64,000 nt of DNA from Candidatus Eiseniibacteriota bacterium (GTDB lineage: Bacteria > Eisenbacteria > RBG-16-71-46): the NCBI GenBank assembly GCA_963744995.1, contig CAVUWA010000011.1, positions 384,001 through 448,000 of the forward strand. Direction: 5' to 3'. Made by a program: the position numbers and the translations under genes. The notes beneath the pieces are model-generated. The model saw only the letters and a list, made by a program, of their open reading frames with translations. It was not told the DNA's origin and searched no databases. Positions within the stretch are counted from its first letter, which is position 1; every line of letters begins with the position of its first letter. This document shows, piece by piece, positions 1 to 7,751 of this stretch.

Positions 1-1098
1 ATTCGTGCGATCGTTCGTCACCTGCAGCTGCAGGTCGGCCGGGAAGTGGGCCGCGTCGTAACGCACGTGCAGGCGGGTGACGAAGGCGTTCACCGCGCCG
101 CGGGCGCCCTGACCTTGCGGCACCCAGAACACGCCGAGACCGCGCAGTTCGTCCGGCGACAGCGGCGCCGAAGCGCACGGGTCGCACCACTTCATGTCCC
201 ACGCGTACTCGGTGAACACGGTCTGCATGCCGTTCTTCCTCACCTGTTCGCGGAACATGTCGCGGTAGAAACGCGGGAAGTCGCTCTTCACGAAGTCGGG
301 AATCACGTCGCCGGTCGGCAGCTTCATGGTGCGGTAGTTGGTGGTCTCGACGCGGCCCTGCTGCGTGATCGCGTAGACGAGCAGGTCCTGGGGCCCGGTC
401 GCGTTCACCGTCCCGAGCCGGATCGGCAGCGTGAAGCGCGCATCCTCGTAGGCGATCTGGATCGGCCGCAGGTGCACGAAACCGAGGCGCTTCTGCTCTT
501 TCAGGTTCACCTTCGCGACGAAGAACTTCATGCCGTCGCGGATGTAGCTCTGCAGAATCCGGTCTGCCTTCGCCGGGACGTTGTAGTGGTTCTCGCGCAG
601 CCACAGCAGCAGGCCGCCGCTCTGCTTCGCGGACAGGATCAGGATGTCGTACTCGCCGACGGTGTAGCGGGCTTCGATCCTGACGCCGAGCGCGTCGGCC
701 CTGGGCGCCAACTCCATGAGTGCCATCCCCGGGGCGCCGGCGCGGGTGACGCTCATCTTGGCGATCCGGCACGGCGCCGGATCGAAGTACTCGACCAGCC
801 GCGGCTTGGTGTAGCCGTCGAGGTGGTCGATCACGGTCTGGTCGCCGACGTGGATCTGGCCCTTCTCGAGCACCGTCGGCACCGGCACCACCAGCGCGAA
901 CTCGTTCACGTCACCCTTGAAGTCGTTGGACATCGTGACCACGGTGCGGTCGCCGTCGCGCACGAGCACGACCTGCGAGGCTTCGTTGAACAGCTTGGCG
1001 TCGCCGCCTGCGACGTAGAAGCCGCAGAAGGCGTGCGCGACAGCGGGGGCGAACCATGCCCCCAGGGTGAGCAGGCCGATGCCGGCGTGGCGTTTCAT
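1..1098 (-). CDS. DUF2330 family secreted protein (3' end runs off the window)
   Basis: Not in the ORF track (no stop in window). Read by hand from ATG at 1098 after RBS AAGGAG: MKRHAGIGLLTLGAWFAPAVAHA-FCGFYVAGGDAKLFNEASQVVLVRDGDRTVVTMSNDFKGDVNEFALVVPVP, a signal peptide plus the characteristic FCGFYV N-terminus. ATGA overlap with the stop of the upstream gene. Confidence 0.85.
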   Translation of the reverse strand, partial: MKRHAGIGLLTLGAWFAPAVAHAFCGFYVAGGDAKLFNEASQVVLVRDGDRTVVTMSNDFKGDVNEFALVVPVPTVLEKGQIHVGDQTVIDHLDGYTKPRLVEYFDPAPCRIAKMSVTRAGAPGMALMELAPRADALGVRIEARYTVGEYDILILSAKQSGGLLLWLRENHYNVPAKADRILQSYIRDGMKFFVAKVNLKEQKRLGFVHLRPIQIAYEDARFTLPIRLGTVNATGPQDLLVYAITQQGRVETTNYRTMKLPTGDVIPDFVKSDFPRFYRDMFREQVRKNGMQTVFTEYAWDMKWCDPCASAPLSPDELRGLGVFWVPQGQGARGAVNAFVTRLHVRYDAAHFPADLQLQVTNDRTN

Positions 1099-2225
1099 GG
1101 AGCACTCCTTTCGTGTGGGCCGCGCACGGCGCGGCGGACGGGGTGGGCGGCGGGGAAAGGGGCAGGGGAAACGGGGAACGGCCGGCCGCGGCGCGGCGCG
1201 CCCTGCACGGCGCACGCCTCGGACAGCGCCGCGACGAGAGGCCGCCGCGGCGCCCGCTCGGCCGTGCCGTTCCAGCGGTGCCGCACGCCCGGCAGCAGGC
1301 GGTCGATCAGCGGCGTGGTGAGCGCCAGCGCCGCCAGCGCCCAGAGCAGCGCATTGGTGCGATGCAGCCCGAACTGGATCCACACCGCGAGCGCGGCGAC
1401 CAGGAAGGCGAACAGCACGCGGCCCGCGCGCGAGTCGGGCGTGGTGCGCGGGTCCGAGATCATGAAGAACGTGAAGATCAGGAACGCGCCGTTCTGCAGG
1501 TGGTGCAGCGGAATCGCGGCCGGCAGACCGAGCCAGGCCGCACGGGCGAACACGATCCCGGTGTAGCTCGCGAGGAACGCGTAGGTGACGTCGCTGCGTG
1601 CGGCGCGGTTCACCACGAGCCCGCCCACGCAGGCGAGCAGGAACGCGAAGAATGCCACGCTGCCCCACTGCCCCGGCGAGACCCAGCCGAGGCCCGCCAG
1701 CAGCATCACGATGATGCCGAAGTTGGTCGGGTTGAACACGTGCTTGTCGCCGACCCGGAGGAAGAACTTGGCGGCGATCGTCACCACCGCCGCCAGCGCC
1801 ATCGCCGCGTCGGAATTCACGCGCAGCAGCATCGCGAGTCCGAGTGCCGAGATCAGCGGGCTGCGCGGGTCGAAGCCGGTGCGCCCGGTGAGCCGCATGC
1901 ATGCCCACTGCGTGACGACGCAGCCGAGGATCGCGACCACGATCCGCGACGGCGTGACCGCGAAGTCGAGGCGCATGACGCCGAACAGCAGGAGTCCCGC
2001 GAGGATCGCGATCTGATAGAGGCGTGGATCGAGCCGGCGCGGCCGCGCGGCACGCGGCGCGGCGGCCGTCGCCGCCGTGGCCGCGGAGCCCGCGCATCCC
2101 GGGCCGGCGTCAAGTCCGGCCGGGACCGCGGGTGACGCACCGCGTGTGCGGGTGCACGATGCGTCGTGTGCTGCGTCCAGATGGGCGCGAAATCCGCGCC
2201 CGTGATGCAGGCGACCAGGTGTCAT
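1095..2225 (-). CDS. Stand-alone RnfD/NqrB-family membrane protein
   Basis: Multi-TM protein with KHVFNPTNFG and FFMISDPRTTP motifs typical of NqrB/RnfD. The start is uncertain: ATG at 2225 follows GGGGGAG, and the conserved part begins near LDPRLYQ. Confidence 0.8.
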   Translation of the reverse strand: MTPGRLHHGRGFRAHLDAAHDASCTRTRGASPAVPAGLDAGPGCAGSAATAATAAAPRAARPRRLDPRLYQIAILAGLLLFGVMRLDFAVTPSRIVVAILGCVVTQWACMRLTGRTGFDPRSPLISALGLAMLLRVNSDAAMALAAVVTIAAKFFLRVGDKHVFNPTNFGIIVMLLAGLGWVSPGQWGSVAFFAFLLACVGGLVVNRAARSDVTYAFLASYTGIVFARAAWLGLPAAIPLHHLQNGAFLIFTFFMISDPRTTPDSRAGRVLFAFLVAALAVWIQFGLHRTNALLWALAALALTTPLIDRLLPGVRHRWNGTAERAPRRPLVAALSEACAVQGAPRRGRPFPVSPAPFPAAHPVRRAVRGPHERSAP

Positions 2226-2341
2226 GTCTGCGGCTACGCTCCCCCGGAAGCGTTTATTCCGTGCACGGAGCCGGCGACTCGATGCGATCCGTCGCGGCGA
2301 GGCGCGGGGGAACGTCCGCGTGCCTTCGCCGGCTGCTCCCT

Positions 2342-2355
2342 GCAAGGCGCATGCC
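2342..2355 (-). promoter_or_regulatory. Putative sigma-54 -24/-12 promoter of the rnfD-like/DUF2330 operon
   Basis: Minus strand reads GGCATG-CGCC-TTGC(A), matching TGGCAYG-N4-TTGC. Intergenic and correctly oriented. Confidence 0.55.
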
Positions 2356-2452
2356 TCCGGAAACGGACGGGGGCGCGGCCTTGGGGCGCGTCGTGTTACG
2401 GCGACGGCGCACCGCGGGCGGCGCGGCCGGGGCCGTCACGGTAACGGCGAGG

Positions 2453-2472
2453 TGTCACCCGGAGGGGTGACA
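2453..2472. promoter_or_regulatory. Perfect dyad TGTCACCC-N4-GGGTGACA (candidate enhancer-binding site, or a hairpin after the debranching gene)
   Basis: 8-bp perfect inverted repeat about 100 bp upstream of the sigma-54 motif. Confidence 0.4.
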
Positions 2473-2552
2473 ATCGGGCGGAGTGCTCACCTGGCTTCGG
2501 ACGACGGGTGCGGCGCTGCGGGGACGGTTCCGCAGAGAAAGTACGGCCGCGT

Positions 2553-4550
2553 TCAGCCCGCGTGCGCCGGCGCCACGACCTGGGTGTGGTCGAGGTCTTC
2601 GACCCAGGCGCGCAGCAGCTCGGCCGCCGCGGCCACCGCGGCCGCGTCCCCCACGATGCGCGGGTAGGCGAGCGACCCGTCGGGGTCGAACGCCTCGGGC
2701 ACGTGCCCGAGCGAGCTGCGGTCGCATGCTTCGCGCAGGCCGCCGAGCCACTCGCGCATGTGCGCGTGCGCTTCGGGCGCGCGTTCGCGGACGCGCAGGT
2801 AGGCGGTCACGAACGGCCCGACCCATTCCAGCAGTGTCGGCAGGCCCGCCGCCTCGCGCACGCCGAACGGGGTGAGCAGCTCGCGTTCGATACGCCCGAG
2901 CAGCCGACCCGCCGCCTCGGGCGGCAGCAGCGACGGCGCGAGGCTCACCGCGAGCAGATGGCTCGCGCGCGTGTCGGCGCGCGGCCCCGACGGGGTCAGC
3001 GCGTCGTAGAGCGCGCCGCGCGAATCGTCCCACAGCTTCCCGATGAACTGCGTCTGCTGCTCGCGCGCCCAGGCCAGATAGAACGCCCCGTTCTCGCGGC
3101 GGCCGACGAGCTTCGCCATCTGCGCGATCGCGATCAGGCCGTGATACCAGAGCGCGTTCGTGTCGGCGCGCACCTCCGCGTGGCTGCCCTCGCCCATGGA
3201 CAGCAGGCCCTCCGGCGTCGTGTGGACGCCGAAGCGGGTGCCCGAGCGGAACGCCTGCACGATGCTCTCGAGCGGCGCGTAGATCTGCTTGAGGAAGTCG
3301 ACGTCCTCGCTGCGACGCACGTACAGCTCCGCGGCATTGAGCAGCCACAGCGAGGGACGCGGATCGCCGTAGACCGGCGTGCCGTCCTCGGAGTCGAACG
3401 CCTGGGGCGCGAGCCCTTCGTTCAGGTACTCGACGTACCCGGCGAGGATCTGGCGCGTGACGTCGAAGGCGCGGAACGAGATCAACGCCGGCAGCGCGCG
3501 CAGCGCGTCGGCGCCGCGCTCTTCGCCCGACGGGAGCGTCGCGAGCAGCGTGGTGCGGTGTCCGCGCCGCGCGAGCGCCGCATAGAGCGCGTCGGCGAGA
3601 CGCGGCGCCCACGGGTCGTCGCGACCGATGAGAGGATCCACGCGCCGCGCGGTATCCCCGCCGTGCGCGACCGTCGCCTGGCGCGCGGTGTAGTCGGCGT
3701 GGCGGATTCGCGTGGCATGCCAGCTGGCCCATTCGCGGTGCCGCTCGCGCTCGAGCACCGCGACGCAGTCGCGCAGCGTGCGCGGCGGCGGCGTGCCGAG
3801 CCGCTCTTCCGCGGCCAGCGCGCGGAACAGGTCGTCCTCGGCCGAGGCCACGATCTGCATCTCCGCGCCGCTCGTGAGGGTGCCCTCGATGTGGCACGGG
3901 GTGAGCGCGTCCTCGATCGAGCCGTCCGGGTCGTGGTCGGCCGGGTAGAACAGCTCGCGCACCCACACCTTCGCCGGCATGAAGCTGCCGTTGTGCCAGA
4001 TCGTGAGCGGCGGCAGGCCCTCTTCGATCTCGATGCGGATCCGGCCCGGCACCTTCTGTGTCGCGGTGGCCGGCAGCGCGCCCTCGCGCCGCAGGCCCCG
4101 CAGCGCGCGACCGACGACCAGCGGGCTCACCGCGAGCCGCGCCGGCGGGCCGTCGAGGTGGCGGTACGAGATCGCCACCGCCTGATGGCCTTCGATCAGG
4201 AACAGCGACTTCTCGATCCGCACTTCGCCCGCGCGGTACGTCCAGATCGGCCAGGGGTCCAGCCGGAACGACTCGATCGCCTGATGGCCGCCGGGTCGCG
4301 CCACCGCCCCGGCGTGGATGTGGGTGTTGAGCGCGTGCCACGCGCCCTGCGCGTGGAGGCGTTCAGCCACCTGCGAGAGCAGCGTCGTCGTGCGCCCCCA
4401 CGGCGTGACCGCCGCGAGCAGTCCGTGGGTGCGGCGCGTGTGCGCCCCCGCAACGGTGCCGGAGGCGGTGCCACCGAGGCCGTTCGTGATCAGCCACTCG
4501 TGTCCGAGGGCGGCGCGCAGATCGGAGAGGACCTCCTGTCCCATTCGCAT
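2553..4550 (-). CDS. Glycogen debranching enzyme-like protein (GDE_N plus amylo-alpha-1,6-glucosidase domain) with degenerate catalytic motifs
   Basis: N-terminal EWLITNGLGG.ASGTV...TRR.HGLL motif; C-terminal NALWY, LLTPFGVR and GHVPEAFD remnants. Start taken at MRMGQE. Confidence 0.85.
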   Translation of the reverse strand: MRMGQEVLSDLRAALGHEWLITNGLGGTASGTVAGAHTRRTHGLLAAVTPWGRTTTLLSQVAERLHAQGAWHALNTHIHAGAVARPGGHQAIESFRLDPWPIWTYRAGEVRIEKSLFLIEGHQAVAISYRHLDGPPARLAVSPLVVGRALRGLRREGALPATATQKVPGRIRIEIEEGLPPLTIWHNGSFMPAKVWVRELFYPADHDPDGSIEDALTPCHIEGTLTSGAEMQIVASAEDDLFRALAAEERLGTPPPRTLRDCVAVLERERHREWASWHATRIRHADYTARQATVAHGGDTARRVDPLIGRDDPWAPRLADALYAALARRGHRTTLLATLPSGEERGADALRALPALISFRAFDVTRQILAGYVEYLNEGLAPQAFDSEDGTPVYGDPRPSLWLLNAAELYVRRSEDVDFLKQIYAPLESIVQAFRSGTRFGVHTTPEGLLSMGEGSHAEVRADTNALWYHGLIAIAQMAKLVGRRENGAFYLAWAREQQTQFIGKLWDDSRGALYDALTPSGPRADTRASHLLAVSLAPSLLPPEAAGRLLGRIERELLTPFGVREAAGLPTLLEWVGPFVTAYLRVRERAPEAHAHMREWLGGLREACDRSSLGHVPEAFDPDGSLAYPRIVGDAAAVAAAAELLRAWVEDLDHTQVVAPAHAG

Positions 4551-4651
4551 ACGGGCGGAATGTAGCACGCGCGGGCGCTTTTGAGGTGCCGGGAGCGTTG
4601 CCGTCGGGACTATGATGGAAGCCCCCTCCATCCGACCGGGTGAGGTGTGGC

Positions 4652-5221
4652 ATGAGATACGCGTTCATCGCAGTATGGCTCGGCTGCGGGCTCATGGCGG
4701 CCGCGCCCGCGGGCGCGGCCGGCGACCTCTACCTGGCGGCCACGGGCGGCCTGCTCGCCGGGCCCGACACCGGGTTTCTCGGCGGGGTGCTGAAGGTGCA
4801 CCGGGACCAGGGGGGCCTCGGCTGCGGCCTCGAGATCGGTTACGGCGGAACGAACCGCGCGCGTCACCCGACGGTGTTCCAGCCCGCCATCTACCCTCCG
4901 CCCGACACCGGGCCACGCGTCCTGCACGCGCACCTGGCGACCCTGATGGTCGTCGGCAAGATGATGGCCGTGAACCCGGGCGGCGGCGCGCGGCTGTATC
5001 TCTCCGGCGGGGCGGGCGTTCAGGATCGTCTGACCTGGTACGGCAGCAGCGGCGTCCTCGGCCCGCAGCACGACGTTCACGCCGTCGTCGCGCTGGGCTT
5101 CGGCCTCGAAGGGACGACGCGTTTCGCGCCGACGGCGGAGTTGCGCGTCATGAACGTATCGAGCGGGACCGACATGGCCCCCGCGGTGGGCATGCTGGTG
5201 GGGCTGGGATTCAGGCCATGA
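4652..5221 (+). CDS. Hypothetical secreted protein, probable small outer-membrane beta-barrel
   Basis: Signal peptide, alternating Gly/aromatic beta-strands, C-terminal ...VGLGFRP; GAGG RBS. Confidence 0.55.
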   Translation: MRYAFIAVWLGCGLMAAAPAGAAGDLYLAATGGLLAGPDTGFLGGVLKVHRDQGGLGCGLEIGYGGTNRARHPTVFQPAIYPPPDTGPRVLHAHLATLMVVGKMMAVNPGGGARLYLSGGAGVQDRLTWYGSSGVLGPQHDVHAVVALGFGLEGTTRFAPTAELRVMNVSSGTDMAPAVGMLVGLGFRP

Positions 5222-5284
5222 GCGCGTCGTGCGTGCGCCCGTGGCGGGGGGCGACCCTCGCCGGAGGAGTCCCGCCCGCCGCGT

Positions 5285-6463
5285 CTAGCGCGGCGCCCGC
5301 TGAATCACCGCCGACAGGGGCACCAGATTGACGCCCTTGAGCTCCCTGGTACTCGTGGCGCCGGGGAGCCAGGCGAGCAGGCTCTCCGACGCCGGCATCC
5401 ACACCATGTAGCGGCCGCGGCGGCGGGCCTGGTCGAGGATCACGTTCCATTCGCGCTCGCGTTCGCGCCGGTCGTTCTTGAAGCGCGCGGGGTCGAACAT
5501 CGCGTTGGGCTCGTCGTAGACGAGCCCCATGTCCGCGGCGAGGTCCTGGCACACGGCGCCGGGCGCGGCCTTCACGTGGATGAACGGCATGTCGCGGCGC
5601 TTGAGCTCCTTGAACACCGAGGTCATCACCGTCATGTCCTGCGTGGCGAGCGAGCCCATGTGGTTGGCTACGGCGGTCACCGGGCCGGATTGCGCGAAAT
5701 GGCGCTTCATCATCGAGGCGACGCGCGACTCGTTCATCGTGACGAGAATCGTGCCGGGCCCGGGATTCACGTTCGGATAGTTGATCGGCTCGAGCGGCAG
5801 CATCAGCACGACTTCGCGGCGCTTGTCGTGTGCGGTGCGGAACATGGCCGAGCTCCAGCGTGCGCCGGGCACGATCGCCGCGGCGAAGGGCACGGGCATG
5901 TCGAACAGCGGCGCGGCGTGGTCGGGATCCTCGCCGAAACCGTAGATCACGATCGCCATGCGCGCCGGCTCGCGATCGGCGTTCTGTGCGTTCACCCTGG
6001 GCGTGGTGACGATCAGCTCGTGCGTGGGCCGGCGGCCGAGGCCGATGATCATCGTCAGGCGGCGCGTGCCGTCGGACTCCGTGCGCTCGCGGCCCGACAG
6101 CACCTCGCCGCCCACCGAATCGAGCCGCCGCGCGATCGCATAGTTGATCTGCAGCAGCGAAGCGCCCGGCGCGAGTCCCGCGTGCCAGCGACGTTCGGGT
6201 TTGCCGCCGTCGACGCGCGTTGCGGAGATGCTGTCGGGGCTGACGTTCATCGCGCGCAGACCGTCCCGGATCTCCCTGCCGAAGATCGCGGCGACGCGCT
6301 TCTCGCCGCCGAGTCCCACGGTCTTCGCGAAGAACACGGCGCCGCGATCCGAGCGCACGAACAGGATGAGCTGGCCGATGGCGAACAGCAGCACCGCGCC
6401 GAGACCGAGCAGCAGCACGGCGCGGGGTTTCGAGAACGGCGAGGATCGCTTTCGTCTGGGCAT
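5285..6463 (-). CDS. Divergent polysaccharide deacetylase (YibQ-like) with N-terminal membrane anchor
   Basis: LPLEP..YP...PGPG and NHMGS.AT motifs; single N-terminal TM after a basic tail. Confidence 0.75.
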   Translation of the reverse strand: MPRRKRSSPFSKPRAVLLLGLGAVLLFAIGQLILFVRSDRGAVFFAKTVGLGGEKRVAAIFGREIRDGLRAMNVSPDSISATRVDGGKPERRWHAGLAPGASLLQINYAIARRLDSVGGEVLSGRERTESDGTRRLTMIIGLGRRPTHELIVTTPRVNAQNADREPARMAIVIYGFGEDPDHAAPLFDMPVPFAAAIVPGARWSSAMFRTAHDKRREVVLMLPLEPINYPNVNPGPGTILVTMNESRVASMMKRHFAQSGPVTAVANHMGSLATQDMTVMTSVFKELKRRDMPFIHVKAAPGAVCQDLAADMGLVYDEPNAMFDPARFKNDRREREREWNVILDQARRRGRYMVWMPASESLLAWLPGATSTRELKGVNLVPLSAVIQRAPR

Positions 6464-6682
6464 GGCGGTTGGTGGGGGCACGTTATGGACCGCCGCGACA
6501 AAGGTCAACGCCGGAAGTCGTTATGGGACAATGCCGAATGCCGTGGGACCGCGACGAATTGAGGAAAAGGTGACACGGCCTCCGGCCGCAGCTCGCGGGT
6601 CGGGGCTTTTTGCACTTCAGTGACACCGCTTTGTGGAGCCGGTGACAGGATTTACACCGATCAGGCCGATATCTATCCCCGT

Positions 6683-6706
6683 CGGAACGTGTGGCCACAC
6701 GTTCCG
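6683..6706. promoter_or_regulatory. Perfect 24-bp palindrome CGGAACGTGTGGCCACACGTTCCG (operator or 5'-UTR hairpin)
   Basis: Self-complementary over 24 nt and ends 26 nt before the ATG at 6733. Confidence 0.6.
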
Positions 6707-6732
6707 CTCGACCTGCCCTGGAGGTGCCTGAC

Positions 6733-7626
6733 ATGAACCGTCGTCTGACCATCACCGCGCTCGCGATCACCGCGCTCGCCGGAACGTGGGCCGTCGTCTC
6801 GTTCGCCTGCGACCATTCGAAGACCACGACCGCGTCCGCCACGACCGCTGCGGCCGCGAAGGGCGAGTGTCCGTATGCCCACGGCGCCAACGTCACCGCC
6901 GAGGTGAAGGGCCAGTGCCCTTACACCCACGGCGCGAACGTCACCGCCGACGCGCACGGCGCCTGCTCGACGTCGAAATCGGCGGCGGTCGCCGCCGGGG
7001 CTTCGAGCTCCTGCGTCACCTCGACCACCTCCGCGATGGCGGCCAGCGCCTCGGGGGTCTGCCAGCACGCGAACGGCGCAGCGGCCGACCACTGCGCCGG
7101 CATGAAGGCCAGCGGCGCGACGGCCGTCAGCGAAGGCTGCGCGATCTCGAAGGCCTCCGCCGCGGTGTACGCCGGCGCGGGCAAGGTCGACGCGGTCGCG
7201 ACCGGCGGCGCCAGCTGCCCGCACAATCACGGCGCGAGCACCATGGCGACCAGGACCGGGTGCGCGATCTGTGACGAGTACGCGTCGTGCGACGAACGGC
7301 TCGCCAAGGCGGGCGCCGTGACGCAGGTCGTGCCGCTCAAGAACGGCGTGATGTTCGTCTACACGGCGAGCGTCGAGAACCAGGCGCACGCGGTCCAGGC
7401 CGCGGTGCATCGCCGCAACGACCGCATCGCCGAGATCGCTTCGACGGGCGGCGACGTGCCGCTCTGCGACGGGTGCAGGGCGATGCGCGGCGCGATGGCG
7501 AGCGGCAAGCTCCATCGCGAAGTCGTGAATATCGAGGGCGGGTCGCTGACGCTCGTGACGTCGGAAGATCCCACGGTCGTGAAGGCGCTGCAGGAGTACA
7601 GCGGCGTCCAGACCGTGAAGAGCTGA
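6733..7626 (+). CDS. Secreted Cys/His-rich hypothetical protein (14 Cys; CPxxH repeats, two CxxC)
   Basis: RBS GGAGGTG, signal peptide, GC3-biased codons, followed by an intrinsic terminator. Confidence 0.8.
   Translation: MNRRLTITALAITALAGTWAVVSFACDHSKTTTASATTAAAAKGECPYAHGANVTAEVKGQCPYTHGANVTADAHGACSTSKSAAVAAGASSSCVTSTTSAMAASASGVCQHANGAAADHCAGMKASGATAVSEGCAISKASAAVYAGAGKVDAVATGGASCPHNHGASTMATRTGCAICDEYASCDERLAKAGAVTQVVPLKNGVMFVYTASVENQAHAVQAAVHRRNDRIAEIASTGGDVPLCDGCRAMRGAMASGKLHREVVNIEGGSLTLVTSEDPTVVKALQEYSGVQTVKS
6859..6954 (+). repeat. 48-bp in-frame tandem repeat (2 copies) encoding KGxCPYxHGANVTA(E/D)x
   Basis: The two units translate to KGECPYAHGANVTAEV and KGQCPYTHGANVTADA. Confidence 0.85.
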
Positions 7627-7650
7627 ACGCCCCACAACTTCCAGGGCGAG

Positions 7651-7689
7651 GGGCCGGCCCGTTCGCTTCGTTCGGGCCGGTCCTTTTCT
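7651..7689 (+). terminator. Intrinsic terminator
   Basis: Stem GGGCCGGCCCG/CGGGCCGGTCC followed by TTTTCT, 24 nt after the stop codon. Confidence 0.75.
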
Positions 7690-7751
7690 ATGGGGCGAGG
7701 GGGCCGTGGCGGCGCATTGCCACGGCTATGACACCGGTCTAGGGTCCCTGC

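Noticed and set aside
2235..2260. ECF-like promoter GGAATA-N16-CGTA on the minus strand
   Set aside because: A short motif seen once; it cannot be distinguished from chance.
2166..2444. Small plus-strand ORF with CHVC
   Set aside because: It overlaps the rnfD-like 5' region and promoter on the opposite strand, and has no RBS or codon support.
5218..5331. 37-codon ORF starting in an ATGA overlap after 4652-5221
   Set aside because: Low-complexity product that overlaps the convergent gene and has no downstream partner.
6733..7626. Multiheme cytochrome interpretation of the Cys/His-rich protein
   Set aside because: No CxxCH motifs are present.
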